A stretch of 64,000 nt of DNA from the human T2T-CHM13v2.0 reference genome, Homo sapiens: the NCBI RefSeq assembly GCF_009914755.1, contig NC_060935.1; one strand, given 5' to 3'. Below the pieces are notes generated by a model. The model worked only from the letters and a program-made list of their open reading frames with translations. It made no database searches and was not told the origin of the DNA. Positions 47,223 to 61,902 of this stretch are shown piece after piece. The translations under genes and the position numbers were made by a program. Position 1 is the first letter of the stretch. Every line of letters starts with the position of its first letter.

Positions 47223-48329
47223 GTGCAACCCTCTGTCCCCCGGCCTCTGAACCTGTACCGATATGGAAAAGAAAACCAAGGCAGCAGATATTGCTATGCC
47301 TCCTGCTTTGTTTTCCCAGCTGGCTGGCCCTGGGGGCTTTGTTTCTTCAGTTAGGCAATTTGATTTGAGGAAGCGTTGACCCTGGGCCCCCAGGGAGGTG
47401 GAGGCGGGAGGGCAGGAACCGGGCAGCCGGCAAGGCTTTCCTGCCAGTTGGGTAGCTCTTAGCTCGGAGAGTTGTATTTCGTTGCTTTCTTCCCCACTCT
47501 TGTGTTACCGTGTTTGTTTCCAGGCCAGATCTTCTACGGAAAGACCCTTAGTAGAAAAACTAAGAGAAACATTCTAGTAGCAAAAGCTTTCTGCTCCAGA
47601 AAGGAACAAGCAAGCAAGATCTACAGGGTCCTCTTTCCAGTCCCTAGTCCTGGCTTCTCAGGTTGCTTGAGGTCTCCTAGCAGGGGCTGCATTCAAAATA
47701 TTTAGCGACTGGTGTGGCTTGGGCACTGACCAATCAGAACAAATCCTGTCTGGAGGAGGCTGGGTCCTGGACGTCCCCTGCTGGGCCATGCATTAACTTT
47801 TGAGTTGCTGAATTTCAGGGAGATCCTGGGGAAGGGACCACGCCATGGGAAGTGTTGTGGGGTAGGCTTAGGAAGGGCCACTTAAGGGTTTCAGGGCAGC
47901 GGCTGTTGACCAGGTGGTACAGAGCAGTTGTTTTTTAACAACTGGAATGGTCATTACTGGTACATACTTGTTAAAATATCAGCTCTGCCTGATGATCTCA
48001 GAGTGGAGTGGCAGTTAGGAGCAAACTTCCCTTTCTTACCTAACTCCAGGGTGACAGAGTAATTTTTCCCCCTGAGATGAAAAGCAAGGAGAAGGTGTTG
48101 GAGGGAATTGGCCCCATAGACGGGTCAGCCAGCCTTTGTGCCCCTTTGCCCCACCGCACAGTGTGGTCCCCAGGACTCCCAGAGAGGGGTGGGCCCCGCT
48201 GCTTGCCTTGCCTTTGGCTCCTCCGTGAGGTGAGGAGCCCTGACCAGGGTCCAGCTCATAGCTGCCTCTTCTGTGGATGGATCCATATGCGCCCCGCCTC
48301 TCAAGAATCAAATTACACCTGCTGATGTG

Positions 48330-48480
48330 TTGTATGCTTGGAAATGCAGAGTGGATTTTGTGTTCTCACACAAAAATAACTATGAGAGGGAAAGCATTTG
48401 TTAATTAGCCAGATTTAACCATTAAACAATGTATGTATGTTTTTAAACATTATGTTCTACATGATAAATACATATAATAG
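48330..48480 (+). mobile_element. L1MA-like 3' end fragment
   Basis: gagtggattttgtgttctcacac...atttgttaattagccagatttaaccatt. Confidence 0.6.
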
Positions 48481-48718
48481 TATGTCTATTTAAATAATTA
48501 AATTTGAAAAAAACTAATCAAATATTATCATAAGTAATGATAAAAACCACAATTTCTTTTGCAGCAAACTAATAACACCTGGATTTCTCAATTTATTAAG
48601 TTGTACTTACCTGATGCTGATGATGATTACTGTATTTACACATTGTCTCAGAGCTCACTCTTGCGGAGGTTGTGGCCTCGAAAATGCCTTGTTGTCCCTC
48701 TGGAATCTGTCTTTTCAG

Positions 48719-50381
48719 CTTCATCTCCTCCTCCTCACCTCCTGCTGTGGTGCACAGATACCTATAGGCAGGCTCCATCTCCTCCTCCCCAGCTCCTCCC
48801 CTAGTGCACAGATACCTATAGGCAGGCTTCATCTCCTCCTCCCCAGCTTCTCCCCTAGTGCACAGATACCTATAGGCAGGCTCCATCTCCTCCTCCCCAG
48901 CTCCTCCCCTAGTGCACAGATACCTATAGGCAAGCTCCATCTCCTCCTCCCCAGCTCCTCCCCTAGTGCACAGATACCAATAAGCAAGCTCCATCTCCTC
49001 CTCCCCAGCTCCTCCCCTAGTGCACAGATACCTATCGGCAGGCTCCATCTCCTCCTCCCCAGCTCCTCCCCTAGTGCACAGATACCTATAGGCAGGCTCC
49101 ATCTCCTCCTCCCCAGCTCCTCCCCTAGTGCACAGATACCTATAGGCAAGCTCCATCTCCTCCTCCCCAGCTCCTCCCCTAGTGCACAGATACCTATAGG
49201 CAGGCTCCATCTCTTCTTCCCCAGCTTCTTCCGTAGTGCACAGATACCTATAGGCAGGCTTCATCTCCTCCTCCCCAGCTCCTCCCCTAGTGCACAGATA
49301 CCTATAGGCAAGCTCCATCTCCTCCTCCCCAGCTCCTCCCCTAGTACACAGATACCTATAGGCAGGCTTCATCTCCTCCTCCCCAGCTCCTCCCCTAGTG
49401 CACAGATACCTATAGGCAGGCTTCATCTCCTCCTCCCCAGCTCCTCCCCTAGTACACAGATACCTGTAGGCAGACTCCATCTCTTCTTCCCCAGCTTCTT
49501 CCGTAGTGCACAGATACCTATAGGCAGGCTCCATCTCCTCCTCCCCAGCTCCTCCCCTAGTGCACAGATACCTATAGGCAAGCTCCATCTCCTCCTCCCC
49601 AGCTCCTCCCCTAGTGCACAGATACCTATAGGCAGGCTCCATCTCCTCCTCCCCAGCTCCTCCCCTAGTGCACAGATACCTATAAGCAAGCTCCATCTCC
49701 TCCTCCCCAGCTTCTTCCATAGTGCACAGATACCTATAGGCAGGCTCCATCTCCTCCTCCCCAGCTCCTCTCCTAGTGCACAGATACCTATAGGCAGGCT
49801 TCATCTCCTCCTCCCCAGCTCCTCCCCTAGTGCACAGATACCTATAGGCAGGCTTCATCTCCTCCTCCCCAGCTCCTTCCCTAGTGCACAGATACCTATA
49901 GGCAGGCTTCATCTCCTCCTCCCCAGCTCCTCCCCTAGTGCACAGATACCTATAGGCAGGCTTCATCTCCCCAGCTCCTCCCCTAGTGCACAGATACCTA
50001 TAGGCAGGTTCCATCTCCTCCTCCCCAGCTCCTCCCCTAGTGCACAGATACCTATAGGCAGGCTTCATCTCCTCCTCCCCAGCTCCTCCCCTAGTGCACA
50101 GATGTCTATAGGCAGGCTCCATCTCCTCCTCCCCAGCTCCTCCCCTAGTGCACAGATACCTATAGGCAGGCTTCATCTCCTCCTCCCCAGCTCCTCCCCT
50201 AGTACACAGATACCTATAGGCAGGCTTCATCTCCTCCTCCCCAGCTCCTCCCCTAGTGCACAGATACCTATAGGCAGGCTTCATCTCCTCCTCCCGAGCT
50301 CCTCCCCTAGTGCACAGATACCTATAGGCAGGCTCCATCTCTTCTTCCCCAGCTTCTTCCATAGTACACAGATGCCTATAG
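48719..50381. repeat. 54-bp VNTR, ~30 full copies plus partial ends, SORL1 intron 3
   Basis: Unit GTGCACAGATACCTATAGGCAGGCTCCATCTCCTCCTCCCCAGCTCCTCCCCTA; 30 repeats of the 18-aa translation counted in the ORF track. Confidence 0.97.
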
Positions 50382-51444
50382 GTGGGTTCTGACTTCCTTT
50401 CTGCTTGTTGTGGGTTGTGGTGAACAACTGCTAAGGCCACAAGTCTGAAGAGTCAGAAGACAGGACAGATGATGTTTTGGACTTGAAGGAGGAGGGTTAG
50501 TGCAGGCAGAGGACTGGGGCTTTGGAAGCACTGGATCTGGAGAAGGAGCAGAGCAGGGGCCGTGGTGTTTGGGGCAAGAGCAAGGGGAAACTGGAGGGTG
50601 ATTCCAGTAAGGGAGTTTAGGTGCTGCACTGTGGAATGGGGGTGACATGTTTGCATCCCAAGTGCTGTGTACCTCCGAGTGGTGTGTCTTAGATTCTCAT
50701 GGGTGGATATTCTTTGGAGTTGGTGGGGTTGGAGAAGTCAGGAGAAAAAAGGCTGCCTTCTTGGAGAATTTGTTGACAGTTGGGCCTCAGGCCTGGAACA
50801 GGCTGAGTGGGTTGGTGGGGGCAGCATTCTCTGTAGATAGTTTCTAATTCCCCAGAGAAGGCTGCTCCTCACCACCCCACCAGACTCTCAGGAAGGAAAT
50901 GATGACTCTTAACAGTGCTGATTGCTTCTGTTACTTTTGCCTTTGTCCCCTGGAAGGCAAATTGCCCCACCAGACCTACCACTTCCTGAGAAAAATCACA
51001 CAAGGCTGGATGCCTTGCTGTCAACAGCAGGGCGCTCTGCCTAGGCAAATCACCCAGGTGAAAATGCGAGCTGCCAAGGAGCATTTGAAATGGTCGAAAT
51101 GAATGTTAGCAGCTGCTTGGAAAGGTTAAGATGTCAGGAAAGGGCAGCGTGGATGTCTAGGAGCATGAGTGCCTGTGGAAGGGGAGAGAAGGTGCTAGCG
51201 CGGCATCCAGTTCCAGTCCGAAGGCTTTGCCTTGTGATGGAGATGGTGCTTGTGGGCCCATGTGAGTTTTGGGTCTATTTCTGCATTAGCCAGCAGTCCC
51301 ACTTCCTTCTTGGTCTCCTGTGTGCTGCCCTGAACCATTGTGCAGTGCTGGCCACATGGCAGTTCTGCCAACATTGTGGGGCCCCTGAGATTGGTCAGAC
51401 AGAATTGAAATATGTTTGGCGCTGTTATTTGCTTACTTAATAAT

Positions 51445-51595
51445 TTTTAAAAAATAGAGACAGGGGTCTTGCTCTGCCATACATCCTGGGCACAATCATA
51501 GCTCACTGTAACCTCAAATTCCTGGGCTCAGGTATTCCTTCTGTCTCAGCCTTCCAAGTAGCTGTGACTACGGGCCAGCGCCACTGCATATCTGG
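51445..51595 (-). mobile_element. Degenerate Alu monomer
   Basis: caatcatagctcactgtaacctcaaattcctgggctca. Confidence 0.75.
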
Positions 51596-53086
51596 GGCTT
51601 TTTAAAAAAGGACACTGAATGTACAGTTAGGCCTCACAGCCTCAGCCTCAGCAGAAGCAAGACCCAGTCCTGCCTTTTTCCAGGCAGAGGTTGGTCCTAG
51701 GTAAAATTTCATTCCCACCTTCTAGAGGGATGTTCCTTCATTGCCTTCTCTGCCCTTCCTCCTCTCATTGTACTCTTGGTTTCTCCACTTGAAACTGGAG
51801 AAAGTCACTTATGCTAATAGACTGTGGATACATTCTATAGCTTAGTTTGTTTTCTTTCCAGAGGTATTTGTATTTTCAGAGGAAACAGCTTTTAACCAAA
51901 GGAGGAAGCTCCTCTGGAATATTAAGTTACTGCAAACAGGGTTGGAGAGATTGGGGTACACAAAGGCACTCCTGAAATTGCATAGTTTGGGAAGCACCTT
52001 GTAGGTCAGCTCTTGGTCAGTCTGTAGGTTTGGCCTCCAGTAAACTTGACAGCCAGGCAGCACAGAGACTTAAAAGCCAGGGTGAAATACTGTGTCTTCC
52101 TAACATGTACATATCTGACCCTTTGTATCACAGCATGAGGTACCATGTGCTCAAGTGATGAATGTAACCTACAAATAATAGAGCTAGGGGAATCAAATGA
52201 GGTTGGATCATAGAAGCCAAGTCTTCATGGGGTACTTAGGATTTGATATGAGCTTCAAGGATGGACATGTGACCCCAGTAAGTAGAGGAGAGCTGTCAGG
52301 AGCCCTCAAGCAGGAGAAGGGCGTCAGCAGAGACTGCAAAGTGCCAAAATGTGGTTTCTGTGCAGGACAGCGAGGAGATTCACTTTTTGGTGGTGGAGAG
52401 CTTGTATTGAGCTGCTGTGCAATGTCAAACAGGCCCGTGTCTGAAGATGGAGATTGTCTTCTGCTTTGAGGGCTGAACAGAGCTAGGAAAGAATATTTGA
52501 GTAGGGGTGTAAATGAATAGTGTCCTTTAGGGAAATGTGTCTTCTGGCAATATTCTTGACTTTCCCTTTTAGCAGGGAAAGATTAGGGAAGAGTCTAGAA
52601 AGGGAACTATTGTGGCAGTGTAGGCATGAAGTTGCTCAATCAAACCTGGTATCACCCTCTAAGTATTTCATTTAGGCCCTGGAAGACATGAGGATGAAGA
52701 AGACCCATTGCCTGCCTCCAGTTTGTTTAGTCTCTAGTGAAGACGTGGGCCATGCCAATAGCACTGAGAGGAAAAAGGAAGGCACATATTTTGAGAAAGA
52801 TTTTAAAGGAAAACAAAACAGGTTTGGTGGCTGATAGAGAGTGAGGGCCAAAGGGAAGGACTGGAGTAAAAACCCATCTCTGCTTGTGAGTAGTGGGGCT
52901 GGGAGAAGGCATAGCAGGCAGGAGACTTGGGACGTGGGGAGGGAGAATTGGGTTTTGTTGGGAAAGTTTTGAAGAACTCAAGTTTTGCGTATAGTAAAAT
53001 ATCTTGGCCCATCAAAAGTGGAGATGGTGAGAAGGTAAACAAAAATGGAATCTCTGTAAGAATTGAGGGTTAGACTGTAGATTTGA

Positions 53087-53399
<313 letters not shown>

Positions 53400-54703
53400 C
53401 CATGCTTGTTCTTAAGGGCGGTGGTTGAAGCTTTGTGAAAGGATAAGCCAAAGTTAGCAGCAAAGGATGGAAGAAGAATGAGGTTATATGAGCGTAGGGA
53501 GTGGGGAGGACCAAGGAGCCAGCAGAGGAGAATCAAGGCTTGAGATGATCAGGGGCTGGGGATGGAGAGGTGAAATGAGAGGGTGCTGTGGATTAGGAGA
53601 GAAGGCACACAAATGAGTTAAATGGTACAAGGTAAGACCTATGAATGAAGTTCAGGAAATGTTGCCGTTTTGTTAAAAGAGCTGTTAAGGGGTGAGATGT
53701 GAACATGTGAACCAGTCAGATATTGACGTCAATGCTGCCTAGTCCTGCGTCACCTTGGGCAGTAAACTACTCTCAGTCTCAGTGTCCTCATTATTAAAAG
53801 AGTGTATAACGGTAATATCCAAAGCATTGAGTCACTGTGAACCCTGAATGAGATAGGGCATGCCAAACTTTTAGCTCAGTGCCTGGCATATAGGAAGTGC
53901 TCTTGAAAACGTTTAGCTATTACCATGGACAATAATACATTCTATGACGGGGTGCGTGATTTTTGGATTCTCCAATGTGAGACTGCAGGAAGCCATGGAA
54001 CAGATTTCTGGGGAAATCTTTTCAAATTGAGGATGCTTCCTTCCCCAATAACCTAGGTGGTTTGGGAGCAGGAAGATGGACTATGTTATTTCTGGGGAAT
54101 ACTTTTATGCCAGAAATTATGATGATCCTCTTAGGATCATAATTGTTTTTTATAACATTGCATTTTATTGTAGTTTTTGCTTTCAAAACATTTACTACCT
54201 TTTCCAGTTTGATTTAATGAGGCTTCTGCAGAGTTTAGAGATTTACCTGAGATGCTGGGGAGGAAACGTGAGAGAGCGAATCCACAAAATATGTCCCTGG
54301 GAAGTTTATGGTCTGGATTTGGGGAGAGAGTGCAAATGAAAAGGAGTGAGCACATCTGAAAGCAGCATGAGACAAGTGCAAAGTGCTGGTCCACACCGAG
54401 GCTGTGGCACTGAAAGGTTTCAGAGCTGGAGATTGATCTGGGTCAGGTGGAGTCCATTCGAGAAAGTGTCCTTGGGCTTATCCTGCAGGATTGCTTGACT
54501 TCTAGGATGTCAATGACTGGTTGTGGGTAGAACTAGGTCCCTGTTGCTCTGGTTTCTGATTCATAATCTCCTGAGCCTTCCTCATTCTTCCAGGAGCAGG
54601 GACCGGCCTCCGGGTCTTGCCAGGTGTGCATGCGAGGCCTTACATCATCTGTGCTTCCCAGCCTTGTTTTCTGGTTATTTCTCTCAGGCCCTCAAGACTG
54701 TCA

Positions 54704-55313
<610 letters not shown>

Positions 55314-56376
55314 CAAGACTCTCATCAAACCCATGCTATATCTCTTTTCCCCCTTTGTGCCCAAACCCACACTGCCCTAGACGTGGAATATTCTTTCCCT
55401 GCGGGAGTCTCACCTGCCCTGCGAGGCCCACCTCTTCCATGGAATCATTTCTCATCTCTCAGCCTGGAGAGGCACTCATAGGACTCTGGTCATGGCTTCT
55501 CATTCAGCCTCACTTTCTCTTGACTGATGGTTAGCCCTGGACATGTCTGTCTCCCATGTTAGATTTTGAGCTACTTGAGGGAAGGCATCTTGGGTTTTTG
55601 TGGCAGCTCCTGAGCGTCTGGTCCGTGGTGGGAATGCAGCACACATGTGTTAGGTTGAATTGCCTGGATCCTTCTCCCCAGGGAATTCTTTCAGCCGCAG
55701 CCACTATCCAGCCTAAATTGTTCAGATTCACTCATCCACACAGAAGCTAAGTAGGATGAGGCCCGTGCTCACCAGAGCTACTTACTGCTCTGCCCCAGAG
55801 TGAGCCTGCCAGCCACAGTGGCAGCCTGGTCCCCAGAGCTGCCGATCACCTGGCATAGCAGCAAGAAGGAGAAGCTTATCTTCTTAGATGGAAGTGATTT
55901 TAGTGCTTTTCCTGGAAAGCCATGTCCCATAGCTGCTTGGAGGATGCAGGGAGACTCAACCATCCCATCTGTGTTAGCCAATCTGAAAAGTAGGGCATCT
56001 GTGTCCCAGATGCCAGTAACTACCCTCTGGTTGTGACTGAGTGACCCACTAGGGAGTGGGAATTGCTAATTTCATTGAAAGGAAACAACAGAAAGGCCCA
56101 CTTCATTACCTGGTTAAACAAGCCCACCTTGTAGCTTCATCCCGGTCCATCTCCAGGCCTCCTTTCGCTGAGCCTTGTTTGGAGTATGCCAGTGTCTTTT
56201 TATTGCCAAGAGATGGGGAGAAAGCCATTGTGGAAGCCCTGTAAGGCTGTGGTGCCTTGTTGGTGCCAGCTGGCCCCTGCACATGTGTGTACTCGTGTGG
56301 ACTCGCACATGGTTTAGGGGAGTGTTGGGCAGCTCTGGACAGGGCCTGCTCTCAACTTACCTGTTTTCCCTTGCAG

Positions 56377-56538
56377 TACATCTTTGCAGACGCTTATGCC
56401 CAGTACCTCTGGATCACGTTTGACTTCTGCAACACTCTTCAAGGCTTTTCCATCCCATTTCGGGCAGCTGATCTCCTCCTACACAGTAAGGCCTCCAACC
56501 TTCTCTTGGGCTTTGACAGGTCCCACCCCAACAAGCAG
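56377..56538 (+). CDS. SORL1: SORL1 exon 4 ([24 protein letters not shown]...SHPNKQ)
   Basis: ttttcccttgcag| acceptor, CAG|GTAAGA donor; 162 nt, phase 0/0. Confidence 0.97.
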
Positions 56539-57559
56539 GTAAGAGGGCTTTCAGAACCCAGTTGCATGGGGCTCCTCTAGTTTTCTCCTCTGCCTGTGTG
56601 GATTGTGTGTCCTTTGAGTGACCTCGCCTCCTGCCTCTCCCTCCTTCTCTCTTGGGCCTAGCCTTTGTAGCTACTATTTCACTTACCAGGGCTCAAGAAA
56701 AATATCTCCTCCTGGCACTCTCAGTTGGCAGCCCAGCCAGCCATCAGCACCCAGCACTTGGCAGGCCCTGTGAGTTAAACATCATGCCCTTCTCCATGCA
56801 GTTGCACCTTTGTTAGCCCTTGGGGTAAATCGAGGCTCTGGAATTTAATCAGAGAGAGAGCCAGGTGGAGAAAGCTGGAATCTGAGCTCTTCAGGGACCT
56901 TTTGTTGAATTTCTGTTCTGCTTTCTCCATCCTCCATCTTAAACACTGCTTTTGCCTCCCATTTATTTGAAGTTACCACTAACAGTAATAGTCTTCCTTC
57001 GAGTGCGTGCGTGTGTATCATATAAATGTGTGTATTTTCCTCCTTCAACCCAGGTTTGAAGGAAATCTGAGAGATGAGGAAAGAGCCTGAGTAAGACTTA
57101 TATCTCAAGGTTGAAGCTTGCCAAGTCAAGGATATTAGTTTGGCAAAAATCTGTGAAACTTGTAGATCCTGTATGATTGGATTTACAGTGAGCCTTGAAT
57201 GTTTTTGCTCAGAGAAACCTTGGAACGTTTTTTTGCAGGTTGTTTAACCAAAACACAGATCTGTTTACCTTTGCTTGCCTTAGGGAGTAACCTAAGTATG
57301 GGCTGGGTCAGTTTACCAGCGGAGGGGGAATTATTGTTACTTTGGGTCTCCTGCTTCTTAATACATGGTTGCTAGGGCCGGAGGAACCCTCAGATTCCAT
57401 CTGTGGAAGTTGAGGGGCTTTGGCAAAGATCAGCAGGTTAATTCCTCATTGCCACAGCCGTGTATTCAGTTGGTTCTCTGTGGGGCTCTGTACTTAGCTG
57501 GTGTCCTCTGCATTCATCTTTAATTATCAGGGCCCATTACTGTTGTTTTCTTCCTCTTT

Positions 57560-58022
57560 TTTGTGCGTGTTAAAATACTCATAACGTACAATTTGCTGTT
57601 TTGACCCTTTTAAGCATGCAGTGTAGTGATATTGAGTATATTCATATTGTTTTGCAGCCATCACCACCATCCATCTCTAGAACACTTTTCATCTTGCAAG
57701 ACTGAAACGCTACACCCATGAAATAATACCTCTCTGCCCCCAGCCCCTGGCAACCACCATTCTACTTTCTGTCTCTATGCTTTTGCCTACTCTAGGTACC
57801 TCCTAAGTGGAATTAATACTATTTGTCACTTTGTGATGGACTTATTTCACTTAGCAGAATGTCCTTAAGATTAATCCATATTGTAGCATGTGTCAATTTT
57901 TTTCTTTTTAAGGCTGAATAATATTCCATTGTATGCATAGACCACATTTTGCTTATTTGCTTATCCCTCATGGACACTTGGATTGCTTCCACATTTTAGC
58001 TGTTGTGAATAATGCTGCTATC
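57560..58022 (-). mobile_element. L1MB-like 3' fragment
   Basis: cagcccctggcaaccaccattctactttctgtctctatg...aaggctgaataatattccattgtatg. Confidence 0.8.
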
Positions 58023-58387
58023 TGTGAAAGGTTTTTAAGGACACTGTTTCTTCGTTGAAAAGTGCTGAGTATAATCATCCTTTGGTTTTTACCATTACCT
58101 AGAGGCTAGTCTTGAGTGAAATATAATTTTTGGTAATCCATAAATGGAAGGCAAGTCCTACTCATTTTTCCTTCCAGTTGCTATTGAGAGAACACATAGG
58201 TACACAGTTGTCTTTCCTTTCTTGCCCTTGTTTGCTTTTGGAGCAACTGAGCTGGCTTTGGCAGTCTCAGTGCCTGCCTTCACAGACAGCGTGTCATGGA
58301 AGGTGGGATTTCAGCGGGTGTTTGATGGTGATGCCATTCAGGTTGTATTATACATGCCTCTTGCATCATGACCACTTGTCTTTGCAG

Positions 58388-58455
58388 CTGTGGAAGTCAG
58401 ATGACTTTGGCCAGACCTGGATCATGATTCAGGAACATGTCAAGTCCTTTTCTTG
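58388..58455 (+). CDS. SORL1: SORL1 exon 5 ([23 protein letters not shown]), Asp-box SDDFGQTW; gene continues beyond the window
   Basis: ttgtctttgcag| acceptor, TG|GTAAGT donor; 68 nt, ends in phase 2. Confidence 0.97.
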
Positions 58456-58805
58456 GTAAGTTGTGTCATCTAAGAAATCTTGATATATGTAACCTCCTTT
58501 CTCCAGTTCTAGCTCCTTCTTGGTGGACAAACTGCCCTCCCCTGAAATGTCCAGCATTTATTCAGGAAATACATTTTTCCAGATCTGAGAATTAGAGCTG
58601 CAAGTACAATGATCTCACTGTGGGAGAGAGTTGGGGGGAGGAGAAAGTAAGGTATTTATGAGAGGAGTGGTAGAGCTTTTGCATTTTTCAATCAATCAGG
58701 GAACCCAGGGGAATCTTGAGGCCCTTGCATGTTTGTAGAGTTTCATTTTTAGAGCATCATATTAGAAGTGGGAGTTTTTTCTCTATATAAAATTCATGCA
58801 TTTCG

Positions 58806-59107
58806 CTGGGTGCAGTGGCTCACGCCTGTAATCCCAGCACTTTGGGAGGCTGAGGTGGGCAGATCACCTGAGCTCGGGAGTTCAAGACCAGCCTGGCCAA
58901 CATGGTCAAACCCTGTCTCTACTAAAAATACAAAAATTAGCTGAGCATGGTGGTATGTGCCTATAAATCCCAGCTACTTGGGAGGCTGAGGCAAGAAAAC
59001 TGCTTCAACCTGGGAGGCAGAGGTTGCAGTGAGCCGAGATCGCATCACTGCACTGCAGCCTGGGCGATACAGTGAGACTCTGTCTCAAAAAAAAAAAAAA
59101 AAAAAAA
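58806..59107 (+). mobile_element. Alu (S-like)
   Basis: Full dimer, TSD aaaattc(a/c)tgcattt. Confidence 0.93.
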
Positions 59108-59829
59108 TTCCTGCATTTGTTCATAACATTTTCTTGAATGTCTGTTAAATATAAAACCTACTAGATTCTTAAGGGTATAAGAAATTGAATAATTTATGGA
59201 TATAGTTATTAAGGAGAGGTAAGGAAAGACATTTCAGGTACGTAACACACATTGTGAAAGAGGCACAGAGGTAACAGACATAGTATGAGAAGCTAGAGAG
59301 AGGATTTATCCTTCCAGATGGGAGGATCATAAACAGCTGTGTAGAGGAGGTGGCCCTTGATCCAGGATGTGCACAACAGGTAGGATGTCCCTGTGTGGAG
59401 GTGTGGAGGACAGGAATTCCAGGCAGAGGAACAAAGTGACTTGCCAAAGGCACAGGGATGCGCCAATGTGGTGCTTGGGTAGAGAACATGAACTCTTAAT
59501 TTTGGACAGTGTATTGGGTGAAGTTTTGAAAGGGAAGTTGGTATTAGAATCTGCATCGCTTGATAAAGGAATTTGGGCTACATTCTGAAAGCAATGAGGT
59601 ACCCCTGTAGTTTTGTGAGAAGAGGAGTGAAATAAACAGGCTGTACTTCAAGAAGTACTTCTAGAAGTAAATAGTAATATACTTATCGTAATTTACTATT
59701 ACAGTGATAAAGTAGTATAGGATCTTGAATTATATGAATTTGTACATGTGCAGGCAAATGTGTAGGACAGATTTCTAGGAGTGGGTATGCTGGGTCAGTG
59801 GGTTTATCTAACAGCTATCCATTCACTCA

Positions 59830-60955
<1,126 letters not shown>

Positions 60956-61153
60956 AATAAATCCTTAAAATTGTAACTTTGGTAGAGAGTGCCAGATTTG
61001 ATATAGAAAGTGTCAAGTTTGCACTCATCTCAACAATATAGAATAGTGTCTCCCTCCACAGCCAATGTGTTAGGGAAGAAATATTATCTCTGTGGTTTAA
61101 TTTGCATTTTCCTTATTATGAGTTAGAACATCTTTTAATCTGCTTAAGGGTCA

Positions 61154-61902
<749 letters not shown>

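Noticed and set aside
46649-47368. His/Thr- and Val/Cys-rich ORFs
   Set aside because: Translation of a GT/CA low-complexity repeat.
48780-48803. PRDM9 hotspot motif in the VNTR unit
   Set aside because: CCTCC-rich but does not match CCNCCNTNNCCNC.
48719-50381. CRISPR-like array interpretation of the regular repeat
   Set aside because: Units are head-to-tail with no unique spacers and the context is a mammalian intron; it is a minisatellite.
48596-50440. 592-aa and 614-aa ORFs as bona fide genes
   Set aside because: Length is explained by a 54-bp (3n) unit. The single indel is slippage in a CTC run, so frame preservation does not show selection. Kept only as hypotheses in findings.
56355-56363. 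Perfect minus-strand donor CAGGTAAGT within the exon 4 acceptor region
   Set aside because: Likely a by-product of the branch/pyrimidine tract; it also shows that such motifs arise by chance.
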